Assembly (NCBI GenBank): GCA_025062245.1
Contig: JANXAD010000003.1
Span: 16,476-80,475, forward strand
Direction: 5' to 3'
Source: Thermodesulfobacteriaceae bacterium
GTDB taxonomy: Bacteria > Desulfobacterota > Thermodesulfobacteria > Thermodesulfobacteriales > Thermodesulfobacteriaceae
DNA length: 64,000 nucleotides
The translations under genes were made by a program, and so were the position numbers. The notes under the pieces were generated by a model. That model was not told where the DNA came from. It saw nothing but the letters and a program-made list of their open reading frames with translations, and did not search any database. Below are positions 38,858-47,546 of the stretch, in pieces (positions within the stretch are counted from its first letter, which is position 1; every line of letters starts with the position of its first letter).

Positions 38858-39142
38858 GTGAATATGAATAAAGCAGAATTAGTAAAAAGGATGGCTGAAA
38901 TTGCAGAAGTTTCAAAGGGAACAGCAGAAAGATTATTAGATTCCTTTATGCAAGCGGTAGAGGAAGCTATCTCTAAAGGGGATAAGGTGGTATTAGTGGG
39001 TTTTGGAACCTTTCAAGTAGTAACCAGAGCTTCCAGAGAAGGAAGAAATCCCAGAACAGGAGAACCTTTAAAAATACCCTCTAAAAAGATAGTTAAATTT
39101 AAACCTGGAAAAAAATTGGAAGAGGCTGCAGAAAAGGCTTAA
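38858..39142 (+). CDS. hup: DNA-binding protein HU
   Basis: MNKAELV...V.LVGFGTF.V..RA.REGRNPRTGE.LKIP...VKFKPGKKL. Confidence 0.95.
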   Translation: MNMNKAELVKRMAEIAEVSKGTAERLLDSFMQAVEEAISKGDKVVLVGFGTFQVVTRASREGRNPRTGEPLKIPSKKIVKFKPGKKLEEAAEKA

Positions 39143-39149
39143 AAATTTC

Positions 39150-39179
39150 TTAAAAGGGGGTCCTATAGCCCCCTTTTAA
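39150..39179. terminator. Bidirectional intrinsic terminator between convergent genes
   Basis: TTAAAAGGGGG-TCCTATAG-CCCCCTTTTAA. Confidence 0.8.
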
Positions 39180-39180
39180 A

Positions 39181-41709
39181 TTATTCTAACTTAATCCAAA
39201 AGTCACCTACATTAGGATTATCAAAAGGTTTTTTATCTAAAATAATAACTTTAAAATTTTCTACTTCCCTTTTTTGTAAATTCTTAGGAAGACCCCACCC
39301 ATAAATTATTCTATGTTTTTCCGAAAAAAGAATTAGTTTATAATTAGAATGAGTTTTGAGAAAATTTATCAAAGACTCTGCAAGGTGTTCATTTTTCAGT
39401 ATTTCAGCTTGATAAAAATTCTCAAATTGAGTACCCTTAAGGTATTGCCATAAAGAGGATTCTAAGTAAATTTTATAGGGAGGATTAAATAGATCTATTT
39501 CTGGTAACTTTAATTTTTCTTCCAGAGTTAATTCCTTAAGTCCTCCTTTCCAAACTTTCTTAAACAAATCTTCTTCTACCCCCATAGCTACAATTTTAAT
39601 TTTTCGAACTTTAGCCCAAAGAATTATTTTTTCGTAAAACTCCCTATTGGGAAATTCAGAAAGCCTATCCTTAAAATCTTTTTCACTAAGACGATTTTCT
39701 AAAAAATCATCTAAACTTTTTTGAAAGGACTTTGGAAGTTCACCTAAACCTATAACTATGGGAAAGGGTGAAAGGGCCAAAACTTTTAAAAATTCATTTA
39801 AAAAGGAATAATCCGAAAATTCAGAAAAATTTAAACCTACTAAAATTATTTGAGCATCTATTAACTTTTTAAGTAATTGTTCCAAAGATAAAATAGAGTT
39901 CAGTTCTACAGCCCAGTAATTTTTCCTTATAGGAATCTTGAGTCCTTTAGAAGAAGTAGCCTTTTGAGAAAAATTTAATTTTCCCTTCTTAATAAAAACT
40001 TCACTAAAAAAATCTAAAGACGAAATTTGATTTAAAGCCCCTTCCAATTCTTTAGCTGAGGAAGCCCAAACAAAGCCTATTAAGTGGTTGTGATTATAGG
40101 GATTAGGAATAATTTTTAAATAAAAACCCTCCTTAAAAGGTATTTTTTGAAGTTCTTGAAAGGGAGCTTCTTGGAAATAAATCACATTTTCTCTTAGAGC
40201 CTCAGGAGGAACTTCTGTTTCGAGAAGAAGTTTATAGCCCCTTTCTCTAAAAAGGTTTATTATTTTCTGATAAAGAACAAAATCCCTTTTAGAACAAATT
40301 AGTATTCCTGGGGAAGAAAGTAAGGTCTTCAAAGTAGGTTCTATTTCTTCACCACTTAGTTTTCTCCAAAGCTTATACTCTGGGTCCAAATACACTGCTA
40401 AAGGTTTACTTTTTAATTTGAGTTCCACCTTTTCTTTAAGTTTATTCATTTTTACCTGAAAGGTTTCCCAGCCAGCCTCTGTTTCTACTTTAATCTCTAT
40501 ATTTTCACCTCTAAAAGGTGGAGTTTGAGATATTATAAGCTCTAAAATGTATCCTTCCCTATCCTCAATTAAAAAGTTAATTTTTCCATTAAGGTCAATT
40601 TTATGAAAAAGATTAAAAGGATAGGAGGAAAAAAATTTTTGAAAGTCTTCTAAAGAAGCTTTCTGATAAAGATAGTGGTTTAAAAATTTCTTAAGTAAGG
40701 ATAAAAAATTTTTCTCACCCCATTTCTCTGCCAAATTTAAAATATAGAAAAAGCCTATTCCCTCATTTTCAGGTAAGGATAAGTATTGTTTTCTAAAAAG
40801 CTCCTTAGAAGAAGAAAAATGATAATCTACTAAATATTCTATTAAACCCTTAGTAAGGGTTGTTTCCTTTATCCCCAGTGCAAAACTAAAATAATTAGTT
40901 ATTAACTTTTTTACTATAAAATATTCTAAATCGCTTCTTTTAATCTCACTTTCCTCTATAAAAATAAAGTTGGGAAATTCTTTAAAAGATTTAAAAGGGA
41001 CCTCTAAAATTAATAAATTTTTAGAGGGAAAGGGCCCTATAATTTCATCATAATAAGTAAGCAGTTTTTTTAACAAACTGCCTTTGGCTTCTAAAGCTTT
41101 TAAAAAAGTTGAATTAAAGTAAAAAATTTGTAGGTTATAGTTTTCCAATTTTTGAGTACTCTTTTTAAATTTTCCTAAAATAAGAGTTGGTGAAGTAACC
41201 GGAGAATCTACAGAGAAAGTATAGGTGATCATAGAATTTTCCACGTGTTTTTCCCATTTATCGTGAGGTATTATAATTTCCCAACTGTTTGAATAAGGTT
41301 CCATCTTAATAGAAATATTATAAAAACAATACATATCAGGAAAGGGAAGAAAATTATCCACCAAGATTAAGGGAGAGGACCATATATTAAAATGGGTTTC
41401 AAATTCAATATATAAATTCTTAGACCTTTCTCCTGTAACAATTTTTAAACTATCCTCCTCTATGAGGGGAGATACGGGATTATGATCTAATAAGATTTTT
41501 TTTAGAGTAAGATTTTTGATATTTAATTTATAATATTTTTTAGGTTGAAGTTCTATTAAAGTTTGTCCTTTTAAAGTTCCTTGCGAAAGATTTAAAAATA
41601 GTTCAGCCTTTAAATAGGGATAATACTTTAAAGAATAGGAATGGGAACCTTTTATAAAAAATAAAGAGAAAATTAGAAATATAAAAGAATTTAGGAAAAA
41701 CTTTTTCAT
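39181..41709 (-). CDS. Exported M1-aminopeptidase-like scaffold fused to a ChaN-like C-terminal domain; catalytic motifs appear lost
   Basis: Signal peptide; M1-like order (GPFP..NLLILE, VYLDPEYKLWRKL); C-terminal ENFYQAEILKNEHLAESL..IYGWGLP resembles ChaN FY.AQ.LWDE.MA..GxGIP. Confidence 0.55.
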   Translation of the reverse strand: MKKFFLNSFIFLIFSLFFIKGSHSYSLKYYPYLKAELFLNLSQGTLKGQTLIELQPKKYYKLNIKNLTLKKILLDHNPVSPLIEEDSLKIVTGERSKNLYIEFETHFNIWSSPLILVDNFLPFPDMYCFYNISIKMEPYSNSWEIIIPHDKWEKHVENSMITYTFSVDSPVTSPTLILGKFKKSTQKLENYNLQIFYFNSTFLKALEAKGSLLKKLLTYYDEIIGPFPSKNLLILEVPFKSFKEFPNFIFIEESEIKRSDLEYFIVKKLITNYFSFALGIKETTLTKGLIEYLVDYHFSSSKELFRKQYLSLPENEGIGFFYILNLAEKWGEKNFLSLLKKFLNHYLYQKASLEDFQKFFSSYPFNLFHKIDLNGKINFLIEDREGYILELIISQTPPFRGENIEIKVETEAGWETFQVKMNKLKEKVELKLKSKPLAVYLDPEYKLWRKLSGEEIEPTLKTLLSSPGILICSKRDFVLYQKIINLFRERGYKLLLETEVPPEALRENVIYFQEAPFQELQKIPFKEGFYLKIIPNPYNHNHLIGFVWASSAKELEGALNQISSLDFFSEVFIKKGKLNFSQKATSSKGLKIPIRKNYWAVELNSILSLEQLLKKLIDAQIILVGLNFSEFSDYSFLNEFLKVLALSPFPIVIGLGELPKSFQKSLDDFLENRLSEKDFKDRLSEFPNREFYEKIILWAKVRKIKIVAMGVEEDLFKKVWKGGLKELTLEEKLKLPEIDLFNPPYKIYLESSLWQYLKGTQFENFYQAEILKNEHLAESLINFLKTHSNYKLILFSEKHRIIYGWGLPKNLQKREVENFKVIILDKKPFDNPNVGDFWIKLE

Positions 41710-41943
41710 GGGAAAACTGAAGAATGTAATTTTAAGAAATATAACATATTTTTAAAAAATTGTATACCTCCATGTATTCTCTAATTCTATTTTTTACAGA
41801 CTTTTCAAGTGCCCAACTTATACTTCTTTTCTCTTTTTTATGATCGCTGGAGAAACAAATTTATAATTGAAAAGTATCCTCCCAAGGATTACAGTCCATA
41901 GGTTGAGATTTTTTTAAGCCTTTGATATACTTTAAAGATTTAG

Positions 41944-43284
41944 ATGACTCTTTTTTTAGAAACCACTCCTCCTCTTTATAGTACTATTCCCTTTATAGGA
42001 ATATTATTATCTATAGCTTTTTTTCCCCTTTTGGCTCCTAAATTTTGGCATAAAAATTTTGGCAAAATATCTTTATTTTGGGCTTTATTAACGGCAATTT
42101 TTTTAATATTTTATTACAAATTCTTAGGAATTTATTTAATTCTTTATGTTATTTTTACAGAATATCTTTCTTTTATTATTCTATTAGGTTCCCTGTATGT
42201 AGTAGCAGGAGGGATTCTGTTAAAGGCAAACTTAGTTGGAACTCCTTTAATTAATACTTTGTTTCTTTTATTAGGAACCTTTTTAGCATCTTTTATGGGA
42301 ACCACCGGAGCTTCTATGCTTATCATACGCCCTTTCTTAAGAGTTAATAGTTTCAGAAAGGAAAGAACCTTTATGGTAGTTTTTTTTATTTTTTTAATCT
42401 CTAACATAGGAGGTTCTTTAACACCCTTAGGAGATCCTCCTCTTTTTTTAGGATTTTTAAAGGGAGTTCCCTTCTTTTGGACCCTTAACCTTTTTTTTCC
42501 TATGTGCTTAGTTGTAAGTTTACTACTAATTTTTTATTTCTTTTTAGATCTTTATTTTTATAAAAAAGAATCTCCTTTTAAATCTAAAGTAACTCAAGTA
42601 AAGTTAGAGGGTAAGCCTAACTTTTTATTTTTAATTGCTATTATCTTAACCATTTTACTTACTGGATTGATAAATTTAGGAGAAATTCCTTTAGGAAAGA
42701 TGCCTCTATCTCTTCAAGCTTTATTAAGAGATTTTTTACTTTTACTCATAGGTTTTATGTCTTACTTTTTGACACCTAATAAAATAAGGGAAGAAAATGA
42801 ATTTTCTTGGTTTCCTATAAAGGAGGTAGCTATAATTTTTTTAGGTATTTTTATAACTATGATACCTTGTCAAAAAATTTTACAAGCTGGAGAAAAAGGA
42901 CCTTTAGCTTTTGCTATTTTACACTTAAATAATCCCATGTATTATTTTTGGTTCACTGGAATTCTTTCGGCTTTTTTAGATAATGCGCCAACCTATTTAG
43001 TGTTCTTAAATTTAGCTTTGGGAAAATTTTATCCCTCTTTACCTGAAAAGGAAGCTATTTTATTATTAATTCAAAATTATCCTAAGTATTTATTAGGTAT
43101 TTCTATGGGAGCAGTGTTTTTTGGAGCTCTTACCTATATTGGCAATGCACCTAACTTTATGGTTCGCTCTATTGCAGAAGAATTAGGAACCCCTATGCCA
43201 AGTTTTTTAGGTTATTTAATAAAATTTTCTATACCTATTTTAGTGCCTATCTTTATCTTAGTAGGTATTATTTTTTTGAAATAA
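41944..43284 (+). CDS. IT-superfamily ion transporter (sodium:proton antiporter / CitMHS_2-like)
   Basis: GTTGASMLIIRP, SNIGGSLTPLGDPPLFLGFL, SAFLDNAPTY, TYIGNAPNFMV. Confidence 0.82.
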   Translation: MTLFLETTPPLYSTIPFIGILLSIAFFPLLAPKFWHKNFGKISLFWALLTAIFLIFYYKFLGIYLILYVIFTEYLSFIILLGSLYVVAGGILLKANLVGTPLINTLFLLLGTFLASFMGTTGASMLIIRPFLRVNSFRKERTFMVVFFIFLISNIGGSLTPLGDPPLFLGFLKGVPFFWTLNLFFPMCLVVSLLLIFYFFLDLYFYKKESPFKSKVTQVKLEGKPNFLFLIAIILTILLTGLINLGEIPLGKMPLSLQALLRDFLLLLIGFMSYFLTPNKIREENEFSWFPIKEVAIIFLGIFITMIPCQKILQAGEKGPLAFAILHLNNPMYYFWFTGILSAFLDNAPTYLVFLNLALGKFYPSLPEKEAILLLIQNYPKYLLGISMGAVFFGALTYIGNAPNFMVRSIAEELGTPMPSFLGYLIKFSIPILVPIFILVGIIFLK

Positions 43285-43304
43285 CCTTTAAAAGAGGGTA
43301 AACC

Positions 43305-44183
43305 ATGGTTATAGAAAAAATCCTTTACCCTACTAAGTTTAGAGAATTTTCCTTAAATTGTTTGGAAGAACTTTTAGTATTAAAAAAAGTTGGTCTAAAA
43401 GAAATTATACTGTGTTACATAATTCCAAGAGAAGAGATAGGTTTTGTTCCTTTTGGAGGCTTCTTAAAAGAAGAAGAAGAAAAACAAAGAGAAAAGGCTC
43501 TTCTTAATTTTGAGAATTGGCAAAGAATTCTTTCAGAAAGGGATATAAAAAGTAAAATAGTTATAAAAGTAGGCAATCCTGTAGTTGAAATTATTCGTAT
43601 TGCTGAAGAAGAAAAGGCAAATTTAATAGTAGTAGGAAGAAAAAAAAGAACCAGATTAAGCTTAGGCTCTAATACCTTAGAGATTATTAAAAAAAGTTCT
43701 ATACCCATTTTAGTTTATAAGTATGCAGTTCAATTTAAATGGCAAGAAGAAATTTTGACTAAGGTTAATAGAGATATATTTAATCATCCACTTTTAGCCT
43801 TAGATTGGGCAGAAAGTTCTCTTAGGGCTTTAGAATTTTTAAAAAATCTAAAATCTATTATAGAAAAATTAAGTCTCTGTTATGTTATAGATGAAAATAA
43901 GATAAAAACTTGGAAAAAAGAGGAAATCAAAAACTATGAAGAAAAACTCTTAGAAAAATTTAATTCCTTAAAAAATGAATTAGCTCCCCAACTCGGAGAA
44001 ATTAGATATTTCTTAGGATTGGGTAAACCTGCTGAGGAAATTCTTAATATAGCCCGTCAAATAAATGCTACCTCCTTAATAGTTGGGAAAAGTAATAAAT
44101 CAGAAATAGAAAAGATTTTCTTAGGAAGCACCTCTCAGGAAATTGTTCTTACTTCAGAACTTCCAGTTTTAGTAATTATTTAA
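43305..44183 (+). CDS. Tandem-domain universal stress protein
   Basis: KILYPTKF, G.P..EII..AEEE..LIVVG..LGS; second domain GKPAEEIL..A..LIVG..FLGSTS. Confidence 0.88.
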   Translation: MVIEKILYPTKFREFSLNCLEELLVLKKVGLKEIILCYIIPREEIGFVPFGGFLKEEEEKQREKALLNFENWQRILSERDIKSKIVIKVGNPVVEIIRIAEEEKANLIVVGRKKRTRLSLGSNTLEIIKKSSIPILVYKYAVQFKWQEEILTKVNRDIFNHPLLALDWAESSLRALEFLKNLKSIIEKLSLCYVIDENKIKTWKKEEIKNYEEKLLEKFNSLKNELAPQLGEIRYFLGLGKPAEEILNIARQINATSLIVGKSNKSEIEKIFLGSTSQEIVLTSELPVLVII

Positions 44184-44269
44184 TATTTAAAATTTTTAGT
44201 TTTTTTCCTCTTGTCATTTCTAAAAAATTTATTATAAAAACAAAAAATCCTATTTAGACAGGAGGGTAC

Positions 44270-44701
44270 ATGATTAAAATTCCTGATGATAGAATGTTTT
44301 CTGAAAATCATCTATGGGTTAAAAAAGACAAGAAAAAAATAGTAAAAATTGGGATTACCGATTATTTTCATTTAAAGAATTTAGAAATCATTGATATTGA
44401 TTTGCCTGAAGAGGAAGAAGAATTTGAAAAGGACGAAATATTTGGTAGTATAGAAACAATAGAGGAAGTTTTTGATTTAGTAATGCCTATTTCCGGGAAG
44501 GTTATAGCGGTAAATGAAAAAGTTTTAGAAAATACAGATGTTTTAAATGAAGATCCCTATGATGAAGGATGGCTTCTTAAAGTTCAAATATCTAATCCCT
44601 CTGAATTAGAAGATCTTTTACCTCCTGAGGATTACGAAGCTAAATACTTTGAAGAAATAGAGGAAATTCTTCCTGAAAAATTAATGGAAGAAGAGGAATA
44701 A
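44270..44701 (+). CDS. Glycine cleavage H-protein-like, lipoyl-lysine replaced by Glu
   Basis: HLWV..IGITD, ETIEEVFDLVMPISG aligned to ESVKAASDIYAPVSG, NEDPYDEGWL. Confidence 0.82.
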   Translation: MIKIPDDRMFSENHLWVKKDKKKIVKIGITDYFHLKNLEIIDIDLPEEEEEFEKDEIFGSIETIEEVFDLVMPISGKVIAVNEKVLENTDVLNEDPYDEGWLLKVQISNPSELEDLLPPEDYEAKYFEEIEEILPEKLMEEEE

Positions 44702-44705
44702 AACT

Positions 44706-45638
44706 ATGATAGCCTTAATTTTCCCTGGACAGGGTTCCCAATATCTGGGAATGGGCAAGGAGTTTTACGAAAATTTTAAAGAAGTTAAGGAACTCTTTGA
44801 AAGAGCTGAGGCTTTAACAGAAATTCCTATAACTAAATTATGTTTTGAGGGTCCCTTAGAAGAATTAACCCAAACTCAAAATCTTCAAGTTTGCTTAACT
44901 GTAGTCAATATAGCCTGTTACTTAGTCTTAAAAAAAATTTTAGAAAAAAAGGGAATTGTTCCCCTTTTCACTTCAGGACATAGCTTAGGTGAATACAGTA
45001 GCCTCTTTTCAGCTGAAATTTTATCTTTAGAAGATACCCTTAAGGCTGTAAAAGAAAGAGGAAGACTTATGGAAAAGGCAGGAGAAAAAAGTCATTCCTC
45101 TATGTATGCTATTATAGGGTTACCTTTAGAAGAACTAAAAAAAATTATAGAAGAATCTCAAGGCTTAGTAGTTATTTCTAATTATAATTCTCCTAAGCAA
45201 TGGGTTATAAGTGGAGAAAATGAAGCTTTAGAGGAAGTGGTTAAAAAGGTTAAGGAAAAGAGGGTTAAAGCAGTGAAACTTAAGGTAAGTGCTGGTTTTC
45301 ATAGTCCTCTTATGGAATTTGCAGAAAAAGAATTTTCCCCTTTTTTAGATAGTCTTTCTTGGAGAGAGGCTAAAATTCCTTGGGTAAGTAATGTTACAGG
45401 TCAAGCAGAAATCTTTCCAGAAAAAATAAAAACTCTAATGAAAAAACAAATAACTTCAGCTGTTCGTTGGATAGAGGTGGTTAATTTTATGTTTGAAAAG
45501 GGAGCTTCTATTTTTATAGAGGTTGGTCCGAAAAAAGTTCTCTCAGGATTAGTTTCTCAAATTTTAGAGGGAAAAGATTTTAAATGCTATAATGTGGAAA
45601 ATTTAGAAACCTTAAAAATTTTAGAATCGGTCCTTTAG
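44706..45638 (+). CDS. fabD: Malonyl-CoA:ACP transacylase
   Basis: FPGQGSQYLGMG, GHSLGEYS, VSAGFHS, EVGPKKVLSGL. Confidence 0.96.
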   Translation: MIALIFPGQGSQYLGMGKEFYENFKEVKELFERAEALTEIPITKLCFEGPLEELTQTQNLQVCLTVVNIACYLVLKKILEKKGIVPLFTSGHSLGEYSSLFSAEILSLEDTLKAVKERGRLMEKAGEKSHSSMYAIIGLPLEELKKIIEESQGLVVISNYNSPKQWVISGENEALEEVVKKVKEKRVKAVKLKVSAGFHSPLMEFAEKEFSPFLDSLSWREAKIPWVSNVTGQAEIFPEKIKTLMKKQITSAVRWIEVVNFMFEKGASIFIEVGPKKVLSGLVSQILEGKDFKCYNVENLETLKILESVL

Positions 45639-45641
45639 AAG

Positions 45642-46091
45642 ATGAAATTAGTTATTCAAAGAGTTAGTGAAGCTAAAGTTTTAATCGATGGACAATCCTT
45701 TTCTCAGATTGGAAAGGGACTGTTAGTGTTGGCTTGTGTAGAAAAAGAAGATAACGAAAGGGTCTTAGATTGGGTAGCTGAAAAATTAATAAATTTAAGA
45801 ATTTTTCCCGATGGGGAAGGAAAATTCAATTTAAGTCTTAAAGAAATAGGAGGAGAAATCCTTTTAATTTCTAACTTTACAGTGTGCGGTTTTTTAAAAA
45901 AGGGAAGTAGACCAAGTTTTCACTTAGCAGAAGTTCCCGAAAAAGCACAACTTTTACTTAAATCTTTAAAAGAAAAAATAGAAAACAGAGGTATTTCTGT
46001 AAAAGAAGGCGTTTTTGGAGCTTACATGAAAATTTCTTTAATCAATGATGGTCCGGTAACTTTATTTTTAGAATATCCTCTCAAAAAGTAA
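45642..46091 (+). CDS. dtd: D-aminoacyl-tRNA deacylase
   Basis: MKLVIQRVSEA, NLRIFPD, G.FGAYM....NDGPVT. Confidence 0.95.
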   Translation: MKLVIQRVSEAKVLIDGQSFSQIGKGLLVLACVEKEDNERVLDWVAEKLINLRIFPDGEGKFNLSLKEIGGEILLISNFTVCGFLKKGSRPSFHLAEVPEKAQLLLKSLKEKIENRGISVKEGVFGAYMKISLINDGPVTLFLEYPLKK

Positions 46092-46193
46092 AAACTTATC
46101 TAAACTTTATAAATTTTTTAATTTGTTCTTTCCTTAAAATTAAGTTATAATTTTTTAAAATGAAAACCAATTTTATAAAAGGGGTTAAAAATT

Positions 46194-47462
46194 ATGAGTA
46201 AGGAAGAGTTAGTCCAAACTTTAAAAGAAGAACCCTCTAAAATAGATCTTTTAATATATGAAGCTATTTTTAGCGATAAAAGAGAAGTCCTTCTTCCCAA
46301 TCTTAAAGAAGCTTTAAAAATTTTAGGTTTTAGTGGAAAGTCTATCTATCCTCTTTATAGGGAATTTTCTAAAAAATTTTTAGGTTTTTCTGTTCCAGCT
46401 TTTAACATAAGAGGAATGACCTATGATTTAGCCAGAAGGGTTTTTAAAGTGGCTAAAAGATTAAAAGTAGGGGCTTTAATTTTTGAAATTGCTAAATCTG
46501 AAATGAAGTATACTCGCCAGCCTCCCTTAGAGTATGCTACGGTAGTTTTAGCAGCTGGATTTAGAGAAAATTTTGACGGACCTATTTTCATTCAGGGAGA
46601 TCATTTTCAACTAAACCGAAAAGCCTTTTTTACAGACCCTTTTAAGGAAAGAAAGGCTTTAAGAAAACTTATTAGAGAAGCTATAGCCTCAGACTTTTAC
46701 AACATAGATATTGATGCTTCAACCTTAGTTGAGTTAGAAAAAAAAGACCTTATGGAACAACAAAAGTACAATTACGAAGTCACCGCTGAAATGACAAGCT
46801 TTATAAGATCTATAGAACCAGAAAATATTACAATCAACCTGGGAGGAGAAATAGGAGAGATAGGAGGGAAAAATAGTACTCCCGAGGAACTTAGAGCTTT
46901 TATGAAGGGATTTGAACAATGTTTTCAAGATTCTATAGGAATTTCTAAAATAAGTGTGCAAACAGGAACTACCCATGGTGGAATGGTTTTACCTGATGGA
47001 AGAATAGCAGAAATTTCCTTAGATTTTACTATTTTAAAGGTTCTTTCCAGAATAGCCAGAGAAGAATTTGGTTTAGCTGGAGCAGTTCAACATGGAGCTT
47101 CAACCCTTCCTGAAAACTACTTCTATCTCTTTCCAGAATCAGAATGTGTGGAAGTTCACTTAGCCACAGGTTTTCAAAACTTTATTTACGATCATCCCGC
47201 CTTGCCTCAAGAGTTTAAAGAAAAAATTTATTCCTATTTAAAAACCAATTTCAAAAACGAATGGAAAGAAGGAGACACTGAAGCTCAATTTCTATATAAA
47301 ATTAGAAAAAAAGGGTTTGGGAGTTTTAAAAAGGAATGGTGGGACCTTTCTCCTCAAATTAAAGAAACTATTTTAGAAGATTTGGAAATTTACTTAGAAA
47401 AACTCTTCACAGCACTCAATGTAGTTAATACCTTAGAGGCAGTTAAAAATTTTTGTCTATAG
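46194..47462 (+). CDS. Class II (metal-dependent) fructose-bisphosphate aldolase-family protein
   Basis: VPAFNIR, QGDH, IDAS, EIGEIGG, GTTHGG, VQHGAS. Confidence 0.82.
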   Translation: MSKEELVQTLKEEPSKIDLLIYEAIFSDKREVLLPNLKEALKILGFSGKSIYPLYREFSKKFLGFSVPAFNIRGMTYDLARRVFKVAKRLKVGALIFEIAKSEMKYTRQPPLEYATVVLAAGFRENFDGPIFIQGDHFQLNRKAFFTDPFKERKALRKLIREAIASDFYNIDIDASTLVELEKKDLMEQQKYNYEVTAEMTSFIRSIEPENITINLGGEIGEIGGKNSTPEELRAFMKGFEQCFQDSIGISKISVQTGTTHGGMVLPDGRIAEISLDFTILKVLSRIAREEFGLAGAVQHGASTLPENYFYLFPESECVEVHLATGFQNFIYDHPALPQEFKEKIYSYLKTNFKNEWKEGDTEAQFLYKIRKKGFGSFKKEWWDLSPQIKETILEDLEIYLEKLFTALNVVNTLEAVKNFCL

Positions 47463-47546
47463 AAAATTAATAAGTAAACTTATAATTATTTGTTAATTTT
47501 AACACTTAATCTTGTCCTTTTTTAAAAAGTATATTAATTTTTATAT

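Noticed and set aside
44270-45638. gcvH-like + fabD as part of a trans-AT PKS or secondary metabolite cluster
   Set aside because: No ketosynthase, ACP or tailoring genes nearby.
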